Shown: positions 46,912 to 57,507, counted from the first letter of the stretch. The stretch: 64,000 nt of DNA from Candidatus Cloacimonadales bacterium (GCA_963662585.1 OY759729.1:1316947-1380946), one strand, 5' to 3'. The notes: generated by a model from the letters alone, not told the origin. A program made the numbers and translations.

Positions 46912-48672
46912 CTAACTTTTTTGAATGTTACTATGTTCAAACATCTCTTCTAAGGTTTGGTACTTATCAAAGAGGGATTTAGCTTCTTGAAGCTGGTTAT
47001 CCATTTGGATTCTAACCTTATATCCTTCCTGACTGCCAAATTTTTTCTCTATTATTTCTCCTGTCAATGTAAGTTTTATATAATCTTCAGATTGTTTAAG
47101 ATCTTCAGGAGAAGGATTAGTTAAATCAATTGGATTTGTAAATGTTGTTTTAGCTTTTGAATCATCTTCAGACTCTTCTGCTTTAGCATCTTTTTCAGTT
47201 TTTATCACATACTTTATAAAGTCGTTAAATACTTTGTCATTTACTTGGAAATCTAAATCAACATCATCGGAGTTCTTTAACATATATTTAACTGCATAGT
47301 CGAAGAAAAGATTTTTTCTGCGTAATTCTAATTCAAATCTTGATAAAGTGTCTGCTTCAACAACAATATCTGGAGTCACACCACCACCACCATAAACAGT
47401 TCTTCCTGAAGCTGTTTTATAGATATGTTCATGATTGAATTTATCGATATCTTCTTTTTCTTCTTCAGTAACTTTCTTACCTGTTAATAACTTATCATTG
47501 ATGATTTTATGAATACATCTTCCTGAATTGATATAGTAGTGAGAAGTTGTAATTTTAATTCCGCTACCATCTCTTAATGGGAATAGTTGTTGGACTGAAC
47601 CTTTACCAAAAGAAGTTTTACCCATAACTAATCCTCTGTCATAATCTTGCAATGAACCAGCGAATATCTCGGAAGCACTTGCAGAAGCTTCATTAATTAA
47701 GACAACGATAGGATAGTTTGGACGCATAATATCTTTAGTAGTGAAGTAGTCTTCATTAGCATATTCAATTCTGCCTTTAGTATAAACTACTCTTTTACCT
47801 TTTCCCACAAATTCATTAACTGTATTGATAGCTTCTGAGAGAAGTCCACCAGGATTAAATCTTAAATCAATAATTAAGCCTTTAATACCTTCAGCTTCTA
47901 AAGCATCTAAAGATTCACTTAGTTCTGTCGATGTGTTAGCATTGAACTGAGACATTCTTACATAACCAACACCATTATCAAGTTTGAAACTATAAGGAAT
48001 ACTATTAATTTTGATTATATCACGCTCGATAGTAAAATCTAAAGGTTGTTTAACACCAGGTCGAATTACAGTAATCACAACTTTTGAACCAACTTCTCCA
48101 CGCATCTTCTTAATTGAATTTTCTGTACTAATGCCTGTGATGTCTTCACCATCTACTTTCCAAATCATATCTCCAGCCATAATACCCATGCGGTAAGCAG
48201 GAGTTCCTTGAATAGGACTCACAACAGTTATATAATCACCTTTTTTATCAATTTGAATACCTAAACCACCAAATTCACCTTTTGTACTACTAGTGAAATT
48301 CTTAAATTCATCAGGTGAAAAATAACTAGTATGAGGATCTAATCCTTTTAACATTCCATTGATAGCATCTTCCATTAATTTTCCATAATCAACTTCATCA
48401 ACATAGATGGCATCTAATCTTTGAATAATCGTTACTATTTTTTCAATTAATTCTGTCATGGTAGGAGCTTTATCAGGTTCACTTGCTTCTCTTTTTTGAG
48501 AAAGTTGTTGAGCAATAAGATCTGTTTCTTCCATTGCAATAACATCATCTATAAATTCATCGCTATTTTCACTAATAGCTTGATTGTAAGCAATAAGACT
48601 TGATATTACCCAGAGAATACCGAAGATTAATATAATTATCTTATTAGAATTATTCAGTTTCATTTTTACCAT
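46912..48672 (-). CDS. ctpA: Carboxy-terminal processing protease (S41) with PDZ domain
   Basis: PDZ region (GGLGIQIDKKGDYITVVSPIQGTPAYRMGIMAGD) and S41 catalytic region (NEASASASEIFAGSLQD...GKTSFGKGSVQ). Confidence 0.85.
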   Translation of the reverse strand: MVKMKLNNSNKIIILIFGILWVISSLIAYNQAISENSDEFIDDVIAMEETDLIAQQLSQKREASEPDKAPTMTELIEKIVTIIQRLDAIYVDEVDYGKLMEDAINGMLKGLDPHTSYFSPDEFKNFTSSTKGEFGGLGIQIDKKGDYITVVSPIQGTPAYRMGIMAGDMIWKVDGEDITGISTENSIKKMRGEVGSKVVITVIRPGVKQPLDFTIERDIIKINSIPYSFKLDNGVGYVRMSQFNANTSTELSESLDALEAEGIKGLIIDLRFNPGGLLSEAINTVNEFVGKGKRVVYTKGRIEYANEDYFTTKDIMRPNYPIVVLINEASASASEIFAGSLQDYDRGLVMGKTSFGKGSVQQLFPLRDGSGIKITTSHYYINSGRCIHKIINDKLLTGKKVTEEEKEDIDKFNHEHIYKTASGRTVYGGGGVTPDIVVEADTLSRFELELRRKNLFFDYAVKYMLKNSDDVDLDFQVNDKVFNDFIKYVIKTEKDAKAEESEDDSKAKTTFTNPIDLTNPSPEDLKQSEDYIKLTLTGEIIEKKFGSQEGYKVRIQMDNQLQEAKSLFDKYQTLEEMFEHSNIQKS

Positions 48673-49288
48673 CCAATTTTTGTTTTATTTCATACTTGAT
48701 TTTTTCTGTAATTATTTCAGGACTTTGAGTACCATCAATGACAATATATCTATTATTATATTTTTTTGCAAGATTTAAAAATTCATTTCTAACTTTTTGA
48801 TGAAATTCTTTTGATTCTTGCTCCATTCTATCTTTTCCTCGATGACATATTCTTTGTTCACTCTCTTCAACAGTAATATCTAAAAGGAATGTAATATCTG
48901 GTGAAGTAGAATAAGTTGCAAAATCTATTAACAAGTCTATAAACTCAGTATCTAAAGAACGGGCAGCACCTTGATAAGCAAGGGTGGAATCGTAATATCT
49001 ATCACATATCACATGTTTCCCTTGATTTAAGGCTGGTATGATTTTTGTACCAGTATGTTGACTTCTACTTGCCATATAAAGGAGAAGTTCAGTTTCAGGG
49101 TTCATTTCATAGTTTGCATTATCTAAGAGGATTTCTCTTATCTTTTCAGATATAAACGAGCCACCTGGTTCTCTGGTTACTAAAAAAGAAAAATTATTTT
49201 CTTCAAAGTAATCAGCAAGTGCTTTTGTCTGGGTACTTTTACCACAACCTTCTATTCCTTCAAAGGTTATAAACAAGCCTTTTTTCAT
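48650..49288 (-). CDS. tmk: Thymidylate kinase
   Basis: FITFEGIEGCGKSTQ P-loop and a DRYYDST motif. Confidence 0.9.
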   Translation of the reverse strand: MKKGLFITFEGIEGCGKSTQTKALADYFEENNFSFLVTREPGGSFISEKIREILLDNANYEMNPETELLLYMASRSQHTGTKIIPALNQGKHVICDRYYDSTLAYQGAARSLDTEFIDLLIDFATYSTSPDITFLLDITVEESEQRICHRGKDRMEQESKEFHQKVRNEFLNLAKKYNNRYIVIDGTQSPEIITEKIKYEIKQKLDGKNETE

Positions 49289-49411
49289 ATATTTTGTCCT
49301 ATTTCTTTCTTTTAATTATAGAGTCTCTGTCCAATCCTAAATAATTTGAACAATTGTCTAGGTATTATCTCCACCCTTTTCTCTATCTCATTCTCCATTT
49401 TAAATGATCAA

Positions 49412-51010
49412 TTAGATTATTGTATCTTTCTTAAATTTAATATCATCTCTTTCAGGATAATCAATTACGAAGTGAGCTCCACGACTTTCTTTACGCATCA
49501 GAGCTGAAACAACAATAGTTTGAGCAATAATAGCTATATTTCTAGTTTCGATTACTTCTTTTCTAACAGAGTTATGTTGGTAGAAATTATTTATCTCTTT
49601 ATAGATATTTTCTAATCTGGATAGAGCATATTTTAAAAGCCTTCTAGATCTTATAATACCTACATATCCTTGCATAATGGTACCAATAATTTCTCGATTA
49701 TTAGCAATAATTACCCATTCATTCTCATTAAATTCTCCTAAATCATGCCATTCACTAAATTCAGGGAAATTTACATCATCCTTGATATCACGGCAGTTGG
49801 CAGCTCTATAAGCAATAACTAAACTTTCTAAGAGAGAATTTGATGCTAACCTGTTTGCACCGTGAAGTCCTGTACAAGCAACTTCTCCAGCAGCGTAGAG
49901 TCCTTTAATATCTGTTTGTCCATCAATAGAAGTTAATATTCCACCACAGAAATAGTGAGCAGCAGGAGCAATTGGAATTGCTTCTTTAGTAAAGTCTATT
50001 CCATATTTTAGGCATTTTTTGTTAATATAAGGGAAATGACTTTTGAGTTTTTCTGAATCTATTCCAGTGGCATCAAGAAGTAAATATTTATCTCCTGATA
50101 GTTTTAATTCTCTTTCTATAGCACGGGAAACAATATCTCTAGGAGCTAAGCAACCCATGGGATGGTATTTCTTCATAAAGGTTTCGCCATTAGGAAGTTT
50201 TAGGACTGCTCCTTCTCCGCGTAAGGCTTCACTTACTAAGAAGGTTTTACCAGAAGGAGAATAAAAAGCGGTAGGATGAAATTGAATAAATTCCATATTT
50301 GCTAATCTTGCACCAGCTAATTTAGCCATGGCCATTCCGTCTCCAGTTGTTACAGAGGGGTTTGTATTATGTTTATATACTTGACCTGCGCCACCTGTTG
50401 CAAGCATGGTCTTTTTTGCTCTAAAAATCTCTATTTTATTAGTTTTGGTGTCCATTACATAAGCACCCCAGCAGGTTATTTCAGCAATGAATTCATCTAA
50501 TTGAGGTATATGATGTTGGGTAATTAAATCAACAGCTAAGTGGTGCTCATAGAGGTCAATACTGTCATTTTGAATACAGTTTTCGATTAGGGCTTCCATG
50601 ATTAAATGTCCGGTAGAGTCTTTAGCATAAGCAACTCTTGGACGCGAATGACCACCTTCCCGAGTAAGTGATAAATTTTCTAAACTACTTGAGTGGTAAA
50701 TATCTTTAGAAGTGAATTTAGTTCCTATATCTATCAAATATTGGATTAATTTAGGACCATCCTCAACAATTGTTCTAATAATTTTCTTTTTACCTAGCTC
50801 TGCTCCAGCCTGGAAAGTATCATTAATGTGATCGTCAAAAGAATCTTGTTCATTTAAGACAGCTGCAATTCCACCTTGAGCATAGTCAGTATTGCAATCT
50901 CTAAGTTGTTTCTTAGTTATTACCGCGACTCTACCATATTTTGATGCTTCTAAAGCAAACACTAATCCGGCAATGCCACTACCAATAACTAAATAATCAT
51001 AATCTTTCAT
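49412..51010 (-). CDS. nadB: L-aspartate oxidase
   Basis: FAD dinucleotide fold (DYLVIGSGIAGL), AQGGIAA, HPTA and RGEGA motifs, and ~530 aa with a C-terminal helical domain. Confidence 0.85.
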   Translation of the reverse strand: MKDYDYLVIGSGIAGLVFALEASKYGRVAVITKKQLRDCNTDYAQGGIAAVLNEQDSFDDHINDTFQAGAELGKKKIIRTIVEDGPKLIQYLIDIGTKFTSKDIYHSSSLENLSLTREGGHSRPRVAYAKDSTGHLIMEALIENCIQNDSIDLYEHHLAVDLITQHHIPQLDEFIAEITCWGAYVMDTKTNKIEIFRAKKTMLATGGAGQVYKHNTNPSVTTGDGMAMAKLAGARLANMEFIQFHPTAFYSPSGKTFLVSEALRGEGAVLKLPNGETFMKKYHPMGCLAPRDIVSRAIERELKLSGDKYLLLDATGIDSEKLKSHFPYINKKCLKYGIDFTKEAIPIAPAAHYFCGGILTSIDGQTDIKGLYAAGEVACTGLHGANRLASNSLLESLVIAYRAANCRDIKDDVNFPEFSEWHDLGEFNENEWVIIANNREIIGTIMQGYVGIIRSRRLLKYALSRLENIYKEINNFYQHNSVRKEVIETRNIAIIAQTIVVSALMRKESRGAHFVIDYPERDDIKFKKDTII

Positions 51011-51061
51011 TTATGCCTTCTTATATTTAACTATGGATAAAATAATCTATAGCTACTTTTT

Positions 51062-51607
51062 TTACATCTTCAAAATTGATGTTAATAACTTATCCATCAT
51101 TGTTTCGTGATCTACTAGGTCTAATTTCATCACGATACCATCTTCCTCAGGATTCTGATAATATTTTTTTCTAAGTCCTATTCTTTCAAAGTTGAACTTT
51201 TCGTAAAGCTTTATAGCAGGAAGATTAGAAATTCGTACCTCTAAATAGATGGTAAAGCATTCTAATTCAATAGATTTTTCTATTAGACTATGCATAAGAT
51301 AAGAGGCAAATCCCAGCTTTTGGTATTTCTTTCTTACCCCAATATTCATAATTGAATACTCATCATAAATAGCCCAGCCTAGAAAGAAACCTACAATTTC
51401 TCCACAATATTCAAGCAGATAATTGTGCTTGCAATTAATATTTTCACCTTTAATTTGTTTAAAAAATGCTCCGACTTGCTCCAGTTCTTCATAGAATATA
51501 TCTGGAGACCACGGATCTGAAAATAACTCTTGCTCTATCTCTACTATAGTAGCTATATCAGCCTTAGTTATCTCTCTTAAACATAGATCCTCTTCTCTTA
51601 TATCCAT
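51062..51607 (-). CDS. GNAT acetyltransferase (RimI-like)
   Basis: GNAT motif A (IGVRKKYQKLGFASYLM). The listed start at 51628 is a TTG, so the ATG at 51607 (MDIREED...) is preferred. Confidence 0.6.
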   Translation of the reverse strand: MDIREEDLCLREITKADIATIVEIEQELFSDPWSPDIFYEELEQVGAFFKQIKGENINCKHNYLLEYCGEIVGFFLGWAIYDEYSIMNIGVRKKYQKLGFASYLMHSLIEKSIELECFTIYLEVRISNLPAIKLYEKFNFERIGLRKKYYQNPEEDGIVMKLDLVDHETMMDKLLTSILKM

Positions 51608-51750
51608 AGTTAATTTCCCAATTATCAATTTTAAATCAAATAATATAATTTTTCTATTCTGTCAATGGGAATAATTTTTTTGCAGTTAAAAGAATATTGG
51701 AAATGAAGAGGGGGTGATGATGAATATAACTAACTCATAACTTAATAATT

Positions 51751-51826
51751 CTCTCCTTATTCTTCTCACTCATTTCAATCAAACTATGATTAATTTTCAA
51801 AATGAGTGAGAAAGAGTAAGGGAGGA
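51751..51826. other. Long imperfect hairpin downstream of the B12-regulated operon
   Basis: CTCTCCTTATTCTTCTCACTCATTT...AAATGAGTGAGAAAGAGTAAGGGAG forms a ~22-bp stem with a ~28-nt AT-rich loop. Confidence 0.6.
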
Positions 51827-51857
51827 CTAATGATAGACTATTAAAAATCCTGTAATA

Positions 51858-53105
51858 TTATCTTAAAATAACAAACTTTCCACTAACACTTCTATGATTA
51901 TTAATGATTTTATAGAAGTAAATACCATTAGCAAATTTGTGGTTATTATTTGCTTGTCCATTCCATCTAAATTCTTGATTGTTAGAAGTGAAGCGTTCAA
52001 CTAATTGTCCTTTTAGATTATAAATCATCACCTGGTTTTCCCCTCTTGTATTACCTTCAATTGAGAAGTTAAGTCCTTTAGAAGTAGGATTTGGATAGGC
52101 ATTAACAGTGAAAGGAGCAAGTGGAGTATTATTATCGGAATTAGCAACAATTTGAGTGCTGAATATTACATCAGAAGGGGCAAGAGCAACTTCAAAGCTT
52201 TGACCATTTTCTAAGTTATTATCAGTAATCCAAAGAGTTCCGTTGGATCCCCAAGAAGCATTGACGAAGGCTAACTGATTACCATTACTTGCAATAGTTG
52301 AACCACCAGGAGTAAGAGGATTAGTGCTATCATGAACTACGGTCTCAGTTTCTGTATCAATAACATAAATACCAGCATTCATTGCGTCAGTAATATAACC
52401 ACGATTATTTACGAAAGCAGCTTTCCCTATATTTCCACCCACATTAAGAGTATTTGTAATTGTATCTGTTTCAGGGTCGATAACATTAATTTCTCCCATA
52501 ACATCACTCCAGTTTCCTGTACACATGACGAAGAGTTTGCCATTATAATGATGAATATATTGAGGATTGAGAGAAGTATCAATAGTTGTAAGAACTTCAA
52601 GATTATCTTCAGAAAGAACAGTTACTTTACTGCCCTCGTAATTATTAACATAGCCACCTGTGCAAGTAACGAAGATTTTGTCTTGATAGAATTCAATACC
52701 TTCAGGTGCTTCGCCGACTAGGGTTTGAGCAACAATCTCTTCTGTTGTTAAATCAATTTTGTAAAGTTTGTTAGTAAAAAATCCTGTAACAAAGAGATAT
52801 TCGCCCTTAACTTTAGCATACCAAGGATTTGCAGAATCTTCTACATAAATATTACTAATAGTGTTTCCTGTATTGAGGTCAATCTTTTGGATTGAATTAT
52901 CTCCTGAATTAACAACGAAAGCATAATTATCTACAATATCAATTAAATTAGGTGTAGTACCTAACTCTACAAAAGTGTTATTTACTAATCCTGTCTCTGT
53001 GTCAATTTTGGATAGGGTTCCACTTACTGAGTTAACTACGAAAACTGCTTCTCCAAACAAAGCAATTGTTGCGACCATAAAAATTAAGAATAAAAGCTTC
53101 TTCAT
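51858..53105 (-). CDS. Secreted YVTN/YncE-like beta-propeller protein with T9SS-type C-terminal domain
   Basis: Signal peptide and repeated blade motifs (VFVVNSVSGTLSKID, AFVVNSGDNSIQKID, LFVTGFFTNKLYKID, GYITDAMNAGIYVID). The C-terminal tail YPNPTSKGLNFSI...IYNLKGQLV...NGIYFYKI is T9SS-type. Confidence 0.65.
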   Translation of the reverse strand: MKKLLFLIFMVATIALFGEAVFVVNSVSGTLSKIDTETGLVNNTFVELGTTPNLIDIVDNYAFVVNSGDNSIQKIDLNTGNTISNIYVEDSANPWYAKVKGEYLFVTGFFTNKLYKIDLTTEEIVAQTLVGEAPEGIEFYQDKIFVTCTGGYVNNYEGSKVTVLSEDNLEVLTTIDTSLNPQYIHHYNGKLFVMCTGNWSDVMGEINVIDPETDTITNTLNVGGNIGKAAFVNNRGYITDAMNAGIYVIDTETETVVHDSTNPLTPGGSTIASNGNQLAFVNASWGSNGTLWITDNNLENGQSFEVALAPSDVIFSTQIVANSDNNTPLAPFTVNAYPNPTSKGLNFSIEGNTRGENQVMIYNLKGQLVERFTSNNQEFRWNGQANNNHKFANGIYFYKIINNHRSVSGKFVILR

Positions 53106-53124
53106 CTTATTTTCTCCTATATTA

Positions 53125-55281
53125 TTATATTTTATATTTTATTGCGTAACCTAGACTCCAATTAAAAGGAGCTTGGGGATTATATATCACTATATCATAG
53201 TAGTTATTAAGCAGATTGTTTAAAGATAAGTTGAAGTTGTGTTCAAATTTACCCAAAGAGAATGACCTCGAGATACTTGCATTGAGTAATTCATAGTCAG
53301 CAAGAGGTTTTCTAAGATTATCTTGTGTCGTCCACTGCTCTCCAGTATGGGTATATTCTAGCTTTACTTTATTATTGTAAAAAGTATAGTCGGCCCCCAT
53401 GTTAAAGATATATTCAGGGATATAAACTAATTCTTTACCGTAATAGCTTGAGGGAGATCCATCCTCTTTACGAGTCTTATTTTTGGTTTCAGAAAGCACC
53501 GTTTTTGAGAAGAGGGTAAGTTTAGGTAAAATCTCCCAATTGGCTTCAAATTCATAATTAGCTATATTACTGCTTCCAATGTTGACTGGTTTCCAGATTC
53601 CACCCTGCATTTGTACTTCAATCCACTGTATTAAATTATCAATTTCATTATAAGAATGGTTAAGCTTGAAAGAGAAGTTAGAATACTCTAATTTTACTCC
53701 GACTTGGTAACCTTTAGATTCTTCAGGGAAAAGATCAGGATTGCCAACAGCATGAGAATCGCCCTTCCAGTAGAGACTGTAAAAAGAGGGAACTGTAAAT
53801 CCTGTGCCATAACTAAACAAGAAGGTAGGTTTGATAAGATAATCATAACTCACATCCCCACTCAAACGATAGGTATAAAAATTGTTAAATCTGTTGTGTT
53901 TATCATAGCGCAATGAGGCAATAATATTATAGTTCATGAGTTCGAAGTTGTTTTTATACTGACTCACGATATTTGAGGCATAAGAATATTGGTAAGTCTT
54001 GGCTATATCACTACTTACTAGAAGCTTATTATTAAAAGAATAAGATTCTTCTAAGCTACTGTTTATGAGACTGATTTGAAGTTTATCATAAGCCAGAATA
54101 TTACTTAATTTAAGGCCTAACCTTCTATTATTAGAGCTGTTTTTAGCTCGATTCATTGTTATTGTGGGGCTTAAATTAGAATATTCTGACTCTTTATCAA
54201 TTAGATATAGCTCTAGAGAATTATTAACTTTAGCAAACTTCTTTTTAATTTTAAGATCATTGTAAAAATCATATCCTTCAATCTTTGCTCCATTATAGAG
54301 ATTTAGGAAATTTGTAGGACCTGGCAATTGATTCTCGTAATGAGTTAAGTTACCACTATAATAGATGTCAAACCATTTCAGTTTTGAGGATAGATTAAGC
54401 ATAGCGTTGTTACTTTGCTTAGAATTATTATCTCTAACTTGAGTTTTCCAATCATTCCCTTTTTTAATTTTATATTTAAAATCATTATCTGAGTATTGAT
54501 TAGAGAAAACAGCATAAAAGCTGGTATTGCCAAGATTAAAACCAGTCGAGAGAGTAACTTTTCTGAAATTATAACTACCGTAATTAGCACTCAGAGAAAA
54601 ATCTCTATTACTACTACTACTCTTCTTAGTCTTAATGTTTATAACACCAGCGATTCCACCTCCACCGGCTAAAGAACTGACATTATTCTTATAAATCTCT
54701 ACTTCATCCACCAACTCAACAGGGATTGAGGCTAAATCAAAATCTTCTCCATTGTTATTCAAAGGAACTCCATCTAACATAACTAGAGTATGCCTGCTAC
54801 TGTGTCCTAAGATAGACGCTGTCTGCCTTTCTCCTGGTAGTTTAGTCCCTTGTATTTTTATACTATTATCATTGGTTAAGACTTCAGCTAGATTAGTATT
54901 TTCACTTGCTTTATCTTTTAGAGAAATAGTTATTTTCTCCTCAGAACTGGGGAGCTGGTTATTACTCCTTTTGGCTGTGAAAGTTATAGCACTCAATTCC
55001 ATACTTAATGGCTTCATAGTAAAATACTTGGTTGAAGTGAAATCCCTACGATTAACTTTTATTATCTCATGAAAAGCATAATAGATAATTAAAGAATCTG
55101 CTTGAGATTCAGAGTTGAGTAAAAAATAACCATTCTCCTGAGAAAAAACAGAATTCTCTCCATGAATTATTAATACTTCTTCTAGGGGATTATCTTTTTC
55201 ATCAAGGACAAATCCACGGAAGGTCTCTGCTATTAATAAGACTGGAATTAGAATAATTAGGAAGGAAAGTATTTTCTTCAT
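53125..55281 (-). CDS. TonB-dependent outer-membrane receptor (BtuB-like by context)
   Basis: Signal peptide, plug-domain motifs (VMLDGVPLNN, VDEVEIYKN) and a long beta-barrel with aromatic-rich strands. It is downstream of a cobalamin riboswitch. Confidence 0.8.
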   Translation of the reverse strand: MKKILSFLIILIPVLLIAETFRGFVLDEKDNPLEEVLIIHGENSVFSQENGYFLLNSESQADSLIIYYAFHEIIKVNRRDFTSTKYFTMKPLSMELSAITFTAKRSNNQLPSSEEKITISLKDKASENTNLAEVLTNDNSIKIQGTKLPGERQTASILGHSSRHTLVMLDGVPLNNNGEDFDLASIPVELVDEVEIYKNNVSSLAGGGGIAGVINIKTKKSSSSNRDFSLSANYGSYNFRKVTLSTGFNLGNTSFYAVFSNQYSDNDFKYKIKKGNDWKTQVRDNNSKQSNNAMLNLSSKLKWFDIYYSGNLTHYENQLPGPTNFLNLYNGAKIEGYDFYNDLKIKKKFAKVNNSLELYLIDKESEYSNLSPTITMNRAKNSSNNRRLGLKLSNILAYDKLQISLINSSLEESYSFNNKLLVSSDIAKTYQYSYASNIVSQYKNNFELMNYNIIASLRYDKHNRFNNFYTYRLSGDVSYDYLIKPTFLFSYGTGFTVPSFYSLYWKGDSHAVGNPDLFPEESKGYQVGVKLEYSNFSFKLNHSYNEIDNLIQWIEVQMQGGIWKPVNIGSSNIANYEFEANWEILPKLTLFSKTVLSETKNKTRKEDGSPSSYYGKELVYIPEYIFNMGADYTFYNNKVKLEYTHTGEQWTTQDNLRKPLADYELLNASISRSFSLGKFEHNFNLSLNNLLNNYYDIVIYNPQAPFNWSLGYAIKYKI

Positions 55282-56045
55282 GGATAGATTATATTTGGTT
55301 TCAGAGTTAAGGGATTAGTTACTACACCTAGCTCAATATCAAAAAGCCGAGCTAGGTTCTTAGTTGTTATTACTTCTTCTGGATTTCCATCTGCGATTAA
55401 TTCACCACCCTTTAAAGCAATCATTCTCTGAGAATAGTTAGCTGATAAATTAATATTATGAGAGACCATTATGATAGATTTACCTTTTTCAGTATGCAGG
55501 GATTTCATAATGTTTAGTATCTCTACTTGATGATTTATATCTAAATGGGAAAATGTTTCATCTAAGAGAATATAGTCTGAATCCTGAGCAATAGCTCTGG
55601 CTATTAGAGTTCTTTGTTTTTCTCCACCACTTAATTGATTAATGTATTTGTGGCGAAGCTGCTGTAAATCTAAATCTTGGATTATCTTCTCTACAATTTC
55701 TCTATCTTTGGTGGAGTAGTTTTGCCAAAGGGAAATAAAAGGAAACCTACCCATGAGAATTATTTCTTCTACAGTGAAGTTATACTGAATAAAATTCTCT
55801 TGAGGGATGTAGGTAACAATCTTGGCTAACTCTTGTTGTGACCATTTATCCACTCTCTTTCCTGAAATGGTGATTTCTCCACTTTCAGCCTTCATAAAAC
55901 CGTTGATGAGCTTTAAAAGTGTAGATTTACCTGCTCCATTAGGCCCTAAAATAGACACAAATTCTGCTGGTGAGAAGTCTAAACTGAGATTTTTAAAGAT
56001 CTCTTTATCTGAGTATCCTGCTTTAAGATTCTTAATGTGTATCAT
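55278..56045 (-). CDS. ABC transporter ATP-binding protein (FepC/BtuD-like)
   Basis: Walker A GPNGAGKST, signature LSGGEKQR, Walker B ILLDE. The listed start at 56078 is a TTG, so the ATG at 56045 (MIHIKNLKAGY) behind AGAGG is preferred. Confidence 0.85.
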   Translation of the reverse strand: MIHIKNLKAGYSDKEIFKNLSLDFSPAEFVSILGPNGAGKSTLLKLINGFMKAESGEITISGKRVDKWSQQELAKIVTYIPQENFIQYNFTVEEIILMGRFPFISLWQNYSTKDREIVEKIIQDLDLQQLRHKYINQLSGGEKQRTLIARAIAQDSDYILLDETFSHLDINHQVEILNIMKSLHTEKGKSIIMVSHNINLSANYSQRMIALKGGELIADGNPEEVITTKNLARLFDIELGVVTNPLTLKPNIIYP

Positions 56046-56139
56046 TCTTCCTCTGATATTTTTACTTGTGTAACTCAAATAGTTTAGTTGTAGTTTTTCT
56101 TTATTCTTTTATTGAAGAATCTCCGTTATATTTGATCGT

Positions 56140-56325
56140 ACTTCGCAATCATTACGGACTCATTGGCAGGTTTCCTGACTTGTAGCGAGTAATATTTATA
56201 AGTGCCTTCCCGGGTAATTATCCAGTGACTCTTAATACTCATAATTGCTACTTACAGTGGCGAAGACCGTTCCCGATTCTAACGGGATTCCCTTTTACTC
56301 TTGCACCAGTGAGTTACACATTTTA
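56140..56325 (-). promoter_or_regulatory. Cobalamin (B12) riboswitch
   Basis: The minus strand reads ...GGTGCAAGAGTAAAAGGGAATCCCGTTAGAATCGGGAACGGTCTTCGCCACTGT...AGTCAGGAAACCTGCC. It contains the conserved core and B12-box of the cobalamin riboswitch family and lies in the 5' leader of the ABC/TonB operon. Confidence 0.85.
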
Positions 56326-56432
56326 CTACTAAGTTATTTTTTAGAGCTTTACTGTCAATAGAATTTGAAAAAAAAATTGTTAAATAGAACAATATAGTTA
56401 TTATTTATCTAACAAAGTAAGAGGTATTAATT

Positions 56433-57497
56433 ATGCAAAATGAATTCAATCAAGAGTTAAAGAGACTAATTGATGATATGAATAGCAGTTTAAGATCTGT
56501 GATTTTGGATAAACAGTTTGAGATTGCACCTTATACTAAAAGTGCAAATTCAGAAAAACGGCGTGAAGCAAGTTTGAAAGATATAGGCTATAATCTATCT
56601 TACCTAGCTCAGGCAATTGAATTAAATTCACCTGCACCATTTATCTCTTACTCCAAATGGTTGAAAGGCCTAATGCTAGATTTAGGATTTTCAATAACTT
56701 CTATTGTTGAAAATTTCGAAGCAATGAAGATTGTTCTTTTAGAAACTTTCCCAGTAGACTATCATCATATTATTGGAGAATATATAGATAAGGGACTTGA
56801 GGAGTTAATGAGAGAATATGTACCTGAATCAAGTTATATTGACCCTTCAAATCCTTATGGTAAATATGCTCTGGACTTTCTTTCTTTTGCATTAGCAGGC
56901 AAGAGACATGAAGCATCTAAATTGATTCTCTCCTTAGTGAAAAAGAGAATACCTATTAAGACTATATATTTAGATATTTTGCAAAAAGTTCAATATGAGG
57001 TCGGGCACTTGTGGCATACAAACAAAGTAAGTATAGCCCAAGAACATTATATTACCAGTTTAATTCAATTAGTTATTTCCCAATTATACCCTTATATTCT
57101 TAATCAAAACCCTAGCAATAAGACTTTAGTTGCAGCCTGTGTTAGTGGAGAATTACATGAAATAGGCATAAGAATGTTGGCTGATATCTTTGAAATTGAG
57201 GGCTGGAATACTTGGTATTTAGGCTCTAATTTACCAGACAAAGAAATTGTTAATATGATTAAAGAAAAAAAACCAGATGTTATCGCCCTATCTGTTACCA
57301 TAATGTTCCATTTAGATAAGCTAACAAAACTAATCAAGCAAATTAGAGATGCAGGTATCATGACACCTATTATGGTAGGTGGCTATCCTTTTAATCATGA
57401 CGAGAATTTGTGGAAAAAAGTTGGTGCTGATGGTTGGGCAATGGACCCTGAACATGCTCTCGAATATGCAGATCATTTAAAAACTTTAGTAGGATAA
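56433..57497 (+). CDS. Standalone cobalamin-binding-domain protein (B12-binding_2 + B12-binding), copy 1
   Basis: ExHxxG lower-ligand motif (SGELHEIG), followed by ALSVT and MVGGYPF in canonical spacing. The preceding helical bundle has LWHTNKVSIAQEHY. There is an extra ~130-aa N-terminal domain. Confidence 0.7.
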   Translation: MQNEFNQELKRLIDDMNSSLRSVILDKQFEIAPYTKSANSEKRREASLKDIGYNLSYLAQAIELNSPAPFISYSKWLKGLMLDLGFSITSIVENFEAMKIVLLETFPVDYHHIIGEYIDKGLEELMREYVPESSYIDPSNPYGKYALDFLSFALAGKRHEASKLILSLVKKRIPIKTIYLDILQKVQYEVGHLWHTNKVSIAQEHYITSLIQLVISQLYPYILNQNPSNKTLVAACVSGELHEIGIRMLADIFEIEGWNTWYLGSNLPDKEIVNMIKEKKPDVIALSVTIMFHLDKLTKLIKQIRDAGIMTPIMVGGYPFNHDENLWKKVGADGWAMDPEHALEYADHLKTLVG

Positions 57498-57507
57498 AAC
57501 AACTATA

